Assembly (NCBI GenBank): GCA_031370785.1
Contig: JANMQY010000144.1
Coordinates: 1-64,000, forward strand
DNA: 64,000 nt
Source of the DNA: Candidatus Eiseniibacteriota bacterium
GTDB taxonomy: Bacteria > Eisenbacteria > RBG-16-71-46
Direction: 5' to 3'
In this document: positions 58,153 to 64,000 of the stretch, piece by piece
How the letters are laid out: each line of letters starts with the position of its first letter
Position numbering within the stretch: position 1 is the first letter of the stretch
Notes under the pieces: model-generated
What the model was told of the DNA's origin: nothing
Seen by the model: only the letters and a program-made list of their open reading frames with translations
Database searches by the model: none
Position numbers and translations under genes: made by a program

Positions 58153-60268
58153 GCGGCCCGTCGTGGCCGGCGAACCGAAGATCGGGAAAGACGCGCCCGA
58201 GGTGACGCCCGAAGTCTGGCGCGCGCGCCTTGCGATTCCGCTCGATCCTCGCGCGCGTGTCCTCAACGACTCGTTGCCGGTCGACCAGCGCCTGTGGCCG
58301 GAGGAACTCGCGTTGTCGCGCGCCTACGCCGAGACGCTCGCCGAGTGCGGCGTGCTTCTCCCGGCCGAGCTGGAAGCACTGGTCGGCGCGTGCTCGACGC
58401 TTGGCGACGATCTCGCGCATGGCCGCGTCACGCTCGAGGGCGAGGACGTGCACTCGGCGGTCGAAGCCGAGCTGACCCGGCGCTGCGGCGATCCCGCGCG
58501 ACGGCTGCACACCGGGCGCAGCCGCAACGATCAGGTGAGCACGCTCACCCGGCTTCACGTCATGCAGCTGTGCGACAGCGCGGTCGAAGGTGTGCGCGAG
58601 CTGGAGCGCGCGCTGGTCGGTCAGGCGCGCGCCTCGGCGGACCGCGCGGTCGCCGCGCACACCCACATGCAGCCGGCGCAGCCGGTGCTGCTCGCGCAGC
58701 TCTGGCTCGCACACGCGCACGCACTCGAGCGCGATCAGACCCGCTTCGAAGCGGCGCGGGAAGCGGCCGATCGCATGCCGCTCGGCGCGGGAGCGGTCGC
58801 GGGAACACCGCTCGTCTACGACCGCCTCGCACTGGCGCAGAGGCTCGGGTTCTCGCGCCTGGCCGAGAACAGCGTGGATGCGGTCGGCGACCGCGACTTC
58901 GCGCTCGAATACCTGGGCGCGGCCGCGGTGCTGGGCGTTCACCTGTCGCGCCTCGCGGAGGATCTGGTGCTGTGGTGCGCGCCGGCGTTCGGCTGGTTCG
59001 TCGCGCCCGACGGGTTCTCGACCGGTTCGAGCCTGCTGCCGCAGAAACGCAATCCCGACGTGTTCGAGCTCGCGCGCGGCAAGAGCGCGCGCCTGATCGC
59101 CAACGCACAGCGCCTGGCGATCGTGCTCAAGGGACTTCCCTCCGCGTATCAGAAGGATCTGCAGGAGGACAAGGAAGCGCTGTTCGACACCGAGGACACG
59201 CTCGGGGCCCTGCTCGAAGCGCTGCCGCCCGCGATCGACGCGCTCGAGCCGAACGACCGGCGGATGGCCGAAAGCCTGACGCCCGATCTGCTCGCGGTCG
59301 AGCTGGCCGACGCGCTGGTGGCCGAGGGCGTCCCGTTCCGCGACGCGCACGCGGCGGTCGGGCGACTGTGGGCGCTCGCCGAAGTGCGCGGCGTCGCGCC
59401 CGCGGCGCTGGCGCTGGCCGATCGGCTCGAGCTGTCGCCTCATTTCACCGATCCGCGGATGGCTTCGCTCACCGTCGAGTCCGCGCTCGCGCGACGCTCG
59501 CACGCACCGGGCGCGGGTCACGCCTCGGTCGCGGCCCAGCTTGCGCGCCTCGAGGCCCGGCTCGGCCTCGGCCCTGGGGAGGCGGAAGAGACCGCCATGG
59601 AGGAAGCGGCAATGCCTGCGTCGAGCACGCCCGCTTCCTCCAGCTCGTCGCGCGCCGCGTCGCACGTGGCGGCGAAGTCGACGGCCGCGACCCGCGACTC
59701 CAGCGGGAGTGATCCCCAGTTGCGCCGGGCGACGCTGGACGACGTGCCAGGCATCGCGCGCATCATGGCCGGCTACGTGGCCGAGGGCGTGCTGCTGCCA
59801 CGCCCGGTCGGCGAGCTGTTCCAGTGCATCCGCGAGTTCCACGTCGCGATCTCGGGCGGCGAAGTGGTCGGCTGCGCCGCGCTGCGCCTGCTGTGGAATG
59901 ACCTCGGCGAGGTGCGCTCGCTCGCGGTGCGCCCGGACTTCCACGGCCGCGGGCTCGGAGCGCAGCTGGTGCAGGCGGTGCTCGACGATGCGCGCGCGCT
60001 CGACCTGCCGCGGGTGATCGCGCTCACCCGCGAGGTGCCGTTCTTCGAACGCAACGGTTTCATCGTGACCTCGCGTGACCTGCTGCCGCGCAAGGTGTGG
60101 TCGGACTGCGTGCGCTGCCCGAAGCGTCACGCATGCGACGAAGTGGCGGTCGTGCTCGATCTCGTGCCCGGCGCTTCCGAAGCTGCGGCCGCGGCGGCGC
60201 GCTCGTGGCTGCTCCCGATTCCGCAGCTGGCCCGTCCCGAAGCCCCCGCGCTTCCCCTCATTTCCTAG
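58142..60268 (+). CDS. argH: Argininosuccinate lyase fused to C-terminal GNAT N-acetylglutamate synthase, ArgH(A)
   Basis: HTGRSRNDQ, GSSLLPQKRNPD, YQKDLQEDK; linker; EVRSLAV...GRGLG...LPRKVWSDCVRCPK..CDE. Confidence 0.93.
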   Translation: MADERPVVAGEPKIGKDAPEVTPEVWRARLAIPLDPRARVLNDSLPVDQRLWPEELALSRAYAETLAECGVLLPAELEALVGACSTLGDDLAHGRVTLEGEDVHSAVEAELTRRCGDPARRLHTGRSRNDQVSTLTRLHVMQLCDSAVEGVRELERALVGQARASADRAVAAHTHMQPAQPVLLAQLWLAHAHALERDQTRFEAAREAADRMPLGAGAVAGTPLVYDRLALAQRLGFSRLAENSVDAVGDRDFALEYLGAAAVLGVHLSRLAEDLVLWCAPAFGWFVAPDGFSTGSSLLPQKRNPDVFELARGKSARLIANAQRLAIVLKGLPSAYQKDLQEDKEALFDTEDTLGALLEALPPAIDALEPNDRRMAESLTPDLLAVELADALVAEGVPFRDAHAAVGRLWALAEVRGVAPAALALADRLELSPHFTDPRMASLTVESALARRSHAPGAGHASVAAQLARLEARLGLGPGEAEETAMEEAAMPASSTPASSSSSRAASHVAAKSTAATRDSSGSDPQLRRATLDDVPGIARIMAGYVAEGVLLPRPVGELFQCIREFHVAISGGEVVGCAALRLLWNDLGEVRSLAVRPDFHGRGLGAQLVQAVLDDARALDLPRVIALTREVPFFERNGFIVTSRDLLPRKVWSDCVRCPKRHACDEVAVVLDLVPGASEAAAAAARSWLLPIPQLARPEAPALPLIS

Positions 60269-60281
60269 GAGGATTCTTCAG

Positions 60282-61268
60282 GTGCCTGAATCGCCTGCGC
60301 ATCTCATCGATCTGATCGGCCTCGAACGGGACTGGACGCTCGATCTGTTCGACCACGCCGATCGGCTGCGCGCCGTGCGCGGCCAGAGCAACGCGCCGCG
60401 CCCGCTCGCCGGCAGGACCGCCGCGCTGGTGTTCCACAAGCCCTCGCTGCGCACGCGCGTCTCGTTCACGGTGGGCATGCACGAGCTGGGAGGCGACGCG
60501 GTGGATCTGACCTCGGCCGAAGTCAGCGAGCACGGACGCGAGAGCGTGCCCGACGTGGCGCACGTGCTGAGCGGGATGTGCGATCTCATCGTGGTGCGCA
60601 CCTTCGCGCATTCGCTGGTGCGCCGGCTCGCCGCGCATTCGGGAGTGCCGGTGATCAACGCGCTCACCGACTTCTCGCACCCGTGTCAGATCCTCGCCGA
60701 TCTCTACACGCTCAAGCGCCAGGGCCGCGACCTCGATCGAATGACGGTGGCGTGGGTGGGCGACGGCAACAATGTCCTCAATTCGTGGCTCGAGGCCGCG
60801 ACCATCTTCAACTTCACGCTGCAGATCGCGGTGCCGGACGGATTCGAACCGGACGCCGGGCTCTACCTCGAGGCCGAGCGCTCGGCCAGGGGCGGCGTCA
60901 AGCGCTCGCGTGACCCGCGCGAAGCGGTGCGCGGCGCCGACGTGATCTACACCGATACCTGGACCAGCATGGGTCAGGAACAGGATGCCGACTGGCGCCG
61001 GGTCGTGTTCGCGGGCTACCAGGTGAACGAGACGCTGCTGTCGCTGGCCAACGGCGACGCATCGTTCATGCATTGCCTTCCCGCGCACCGAGGCGAAGAG
61101 GTAACCGACGAGGTGATCGACGGCCCGCAGAGCGTGGTGGTGGAGCAGGCCGAGAACCGGCTCCACCTGCAAAAGGCGCTGATGGCGAACCTGGTCGGTC
61201 CGAAGAAGCCGGCGCGCAAGGCGCGTGCGGCGCGCGCGGTGGTTGCTTCGGAGGCAACTGCGGTCTGA
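60282..61268 (+). CDS. argF: Ornithine carbamoyltransferase
   Basis: KPSLRTRVSF, HPCQ, DGNN, DTWTSMG, HCLPAHRG, QAENR. Confidence 0.94.
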   Translation: MPESPAHLIDLIGLERDWTLDLFDHADRLRAVRGQSNAPRPLAGRTAALVFHKPSLRTRVSFTVGMHELGGDAVDLTSAEVSEHGRESVPDVAHVLSGMCDLIVVRTFAHSLVRRLAAHSGVPVINALTDFSHPCQILADLYTLKRQGRDLDRMTVAWVGDGNNVLNSWLEAATIFNFTLQIAVPDGFEPDAGLYLEAERSARGGVKRSRDPREAVRGADVIYTDTWTSMGQEQDADWRRVVFAGYQVNETLLSLANGDASFMHCLPAHRGEEVTDEVIDGPQSVVVEQAENRLHLQKALMANLVGPKKPARKARAARAVVASEATAV

Positions 61269-61282
61269 GCTAGAATCGACCC

Positions 61283-61939
61283 ATGCCCGAGAAGACCCAC
61301 GACTACCGCGGCGACCGCATCGTCGTGCGCTACGCGCTCAAGCGCTGCATCCATGCCGCCGAGTGTGTGCGTGGGCTCCCTGCGGTGTTCGATCCGCGGC
61401 GCAGGCCGTGGATCGACGCGAAGCTCGCCGGGGCCGACGCGATTGCCAAGGTGATCACGCGCTGTCCGACCGGCGCGCTCCACTACGAGCGCACCGACGG
61501 CGGCGCGGCCGAGATTCCCGACGAGACCAACTCCGTGCTCCCGACGCCACGCGGCCCCTACTACCTGCGCGGCGATCTCGAGATCCTGGACGCCGCGGGC
61601 ACTGTGGTGCTGCGCGACACCCGGGTCGCGCTGTGCCGTTGCGGGCAATCTCGCAACTAGCCCTTCTGCGACAACAGCCACTGGAACGCGAAGTTCGCCG
61701 ACGAAGGCCGCGTGACCGAGAGTCGCCTCGACGCCGGCGAGAACACCGAGGGCGCCGCAGGCCGCGGCCCGCTTCGGATCACCGTGCAGGAGAACGGACC
61801 GCTGCGCCTCTCGGGTCCGATCGAGCTGTGGAGCTCGGACGCGAACTCGACGTACCGCGGGACGAGCGGCGCGCTTTGCCGGTGCGGGCGTTCGGCGCGC
61901 AAGCCCTACTGCGACGGGAGTCACAAGACCGCGGTGTGA
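61283..61939 (+). pseudogene. (4Fe-4S)-binding plus two CDGSH iron-sulfur domains, interrupted by in-frame TAG at 61658
   Basis: CIHAAECV..CPTGAL; LCRCGQSRN*PFCDNSH; LCRCGRSARKPYCDGSH, all in one frame. Confidence 0.8.
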
Positions 61940-62018
61940 ACGTCCCTTGGGATCCCGAGAGGCCTCCCGGCGCCACCTCGCGTTGGCAAACGCCTTCATT
62001 CCGCGGTAAACATCCCGG

Positions 62019-63371
62019 ATGTTCCGGAATTTCGTCCCAACCGCGGGTGACGTGCGCTCGCTGCTTCGCCTCGCGGTGCCGATCGTCACCGCGCAGGTCG
62101 GCATCATGCTCATGGGCGTCGTGGACACCATCGTGGTGGGCCACGTCTCGGCGCGTGAGCTGGCTGCCGCTTCGCTCGGTCATCTCTACTTCTTCGGCCT
62201 CGCGGTGTTCGGGATGGGGACCTTGTGGGCGATCGATCCGATCGTCTCGCAGGCGATGGGCGCGCGCGATCACGAGGCGGCCGCGCTCGGCATCCAGCGC
62301 GGGCTGGTGCTGGCGGTGCTGATCGGCACCCTGACCACGGTGCTGACCCTGCCCGCCGAATTCGTTTTCCGCGCGCTCGGCCAGCCGGCGGAAGTCGTGC
62401 CGCGCGCAGCGGGCTTCGTGTGGATGTGCGCGCCGGGCATGCCCGCGCTGATGGTGTGGATCGTGTTGCGCCAGAGCCTTCAGGCGATGAAGCACACCGG
62501 CGTGATCGTGGCGACGATCTTCGTCGGCAATCTCATCAACATCGCGCTCAACTGGGTGTTCGTGTTCGGGAATCTCGGCTCTCCCGCGATGGGTGCGGTC
62601 GGCTCCGCGCTCGGCAGCACGATCGGACGATGGGTCATGCTGTTCCTCCTCCTGTTTCTTTCGCGCCGCGAACTCGAGCCCATGCTCCGGCCGTGGCGCC
62701 GCGCGGCGATCACGGGCTCGGCGCTGGCGCGTACGCTGCGCGTGGGACTCCCGATCGGCATCCAGTCGACGGTCGAGTTCACGACGTTTGCCGTGATCTC
62801 GGTGTTCGCCGGATGGTTCGGCGCGGACGCGATCGGCGGACATCAGGTCGCGATCAACCTCGCCTCTCTCACCTTCATGGTGCCGATGGGCGTCGGGAGC
62901 GCGGCGGCAGTGCTGGTCGGCCACGCGATCGGGGAAGGCGACATGGCGCTCGCGCGCCGCGTGGCGGCGAGCGCATTGATATGCGGGGCCGCCTTCATGG
63001 CCGCCTGCGCGCTGGTCCTGCTCACTCTCCCGGGCGCCTTTGCACAGGTCTACACCTCGGTTCCAGGTGTCGTCGCGGTGGCGGCCGCGCTCATTCCGAT
63101 TGCGGGCGTATTCCAGGTGTTCGATGGGATCCAGGTGGTTGCCGCGGGTGTGCTGCGTGGCGCGGGCGACACGCGCGCCGCGATGATCTCGAACATGCTC
63201 GGTTTCTGGCTGGTCGGAACCCCGGTCAGCCTGTGGCTCGGATTCGGACTGCAACGCGGCGTCGTCGGGCTGTGGTGGGGCTTCGTCGCCGGGCTGGCCG
63301 CGGTCGCGCTGTTTCTCGTGCTGCGCGTCCGCGTACGTCTCGCCGGGACGATCGAACGGGTCAGGGTGTGA
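62019..63371 (+). CDS. MATE family efflux transporter
   Basis: RLAVPIV, GVVDTIVVGH, FQVFDGIQVV, LRGAGDT; 12 TMs. Confidence 0.93.
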   Translation: MFRNFVPTAGDVRSLLRLAVPIVTAQVGIMLMGVVDTIVVGHVSARELAAASLGHLYFFGLAVFGMGTLWAIDPIVSQAMGARDHEAAALGIQRGLVLAVLIGTLTTVLTLPAEFVFRALGQPAEVVPRAAGFVWMCAPGMPALMVWIVLRQSLQAMKHTGVIVATIFVGNLINIALNWVFVFGNLGSPAMGAVGSALGSTIGRWVMLFLLLFLSRRELEPMLRPWRRAAITGSALARTLRVGLPIGIQSTVEFTTFAVISVFAGWFGADAIGGHQVAINLASLTFMVPMGVGSAAAVLVGHAIGEGDMALARRVAASALICGAAFMAACALVLLTLPGAFAQVYTSVPGVVAVAAALIPIAGVFQVFDGIQVVAAGVLRGAGDTRAAMISNMLGFWLVGTPVSLWLGFGLQRGVVGLWWGFVAGLAAVALFLVLRVRVRLAGTIERVRV

Positions 63372-63856
63372 CCCGAGAGGCAACCGAAGCCGACGCGCCC
63401 GCTCTCGTCGCGCTGCGCAACGCGGTAGCCGCTCGCCTGACGCTTGACCATGGCAGCGGTCACTGGTCCCACGCCGTCACCGAGAGGAGCGTGCTCCGTG
63501 GTCTCGAGACCTCGCGCGTGCTGCTCGCGCTGAACTCGGATGCAATCGTCGGCACGCTGCGGCTCGCGACCAGGAAGCCGTGGGCGATCGATCCGAGCTA
63601 CTTCACGAGCGTGAAGCGGGCGCTCTACCTTCTCGACATGGCGGTCTCACCCGAGATGCAGGGCGTGGGTCTCGGACGGCAGCTTCTCGAGGAGGCCGAG
63701 GCGGTCGCCCGCGCGTGGCCGGCGGACTCGATTCGTCTCGATGCTTACGATGCCGCAGCAGGCGCCGGGGCGTTCTATTCGAAGTGCGGCTTCCGAGAGG
63801 TGGGCCGGATCGTGTTTCGAGGCGTCCCGCTCATCTACTACGAGCGGCTGCTCTGA
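63368..63856 (+). CDS. GNAT family N-acetyltransferase
   Basis: LYLLDMAVSPEMQGVGLGRQLL, FYSKCGF; GTGA overlap with MATE stop. Confidence 0.88.
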   Translation: MTREATEADAPALVALRNAVAARLTLDHGSGHWSHAVTERSVLRGLETSRVLLALNSDAIVGTLRLATRKPWAIDPSYFTSVKRALYLLDMAVSPEMQGVGLGRQLLEEAEAVARAWPADSIRLDAYDAAAGAGAFYSKCGFREVGRIVFRGVPLIYYERLL

Positions 63857-63963
63857 CCCCTGGCAGGCTCCTCCGCCGCTCGGTAGTGTTCGAAGCTCAC
63901 GACCGCCGCGGCGACTGCGCCGCACGCAGTGTCGACTCCGTCGCGTCCCACACGAGGACGCCA

Positions 63964-64000
63964 ATGGCCAGGATCATCACCGAACGTGTGACTGCCCGGA
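63964..64000 (+). CDS. 5' fragment of a gene running off the window
   Basis: GAGGA RBS then ATG GCC AGG ATC ATC ACC GAA. Confidence 0.4.
   Translation, partial: MARIITERVTAR

Noticed and set aside
60282..61268. Acetyl- or succinyl-ornithine transcarbamylase because of SLRT
   Set aside because: DTWTSMG and HCLPAHRG match canonical ornithine carbamoyltransferase
61658..61660. Genome-wide TAG recoding
   Set aside because: Conserved genes (rpmH, parA, parB, ubiA) end properly at TAG

Overview
GC-rich bacterial chromosome segment, probably from an FCB-related lineage such as Ca. Eisenbacteria (inferred from protein types, not proven). In order: a futalosine-type menaquinone gene trio (ubiD/mqnL-like, ubiX, ubiA/mqnP-like); a TonB-dependent receptor; lexA followed by an IS200/IS605 TnpA-like HUH protein; and the origin-type cluster rpmH-rnpA-yidD-yidC-jag-mnmE-mnmG-rsmG-parA-parB-bactofilin, which has parS sites but no adjacent dnaA. 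Next come an ABC exporter, a HEAT/HD-GYP pair, an ECF sigma/FecR pair, a GAF histidine kinase, two GT-C/TPR-like membrane proteins, two secreted proteins sharing a C-terminal TWG-x-x-K-x-L-Y tail, queE-queC-queD and a GT51 transglycosylase. The window ends with a CPBP protease before two paralogous BNR/PPC surface proteins, an ARG-box-controlled argR-C-B-D-G-H(A)-F operon, a stop-interrupted CDGSH protein, MATE and GNAT. The two most notable signals are (1) a TnpA-like protein with an intact HUH motif but no catalytic Tyr/Gln, next to lexA and behind its own putative LexA box (possibly a domesticated SOS effector), and (2) the shared TWG tail, a candidate protein-sorting signal. Several single-base lesions (mnmE, queE, CDGSH gene) may be assembly errors. 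All calls were made by eye; no database searches were run.
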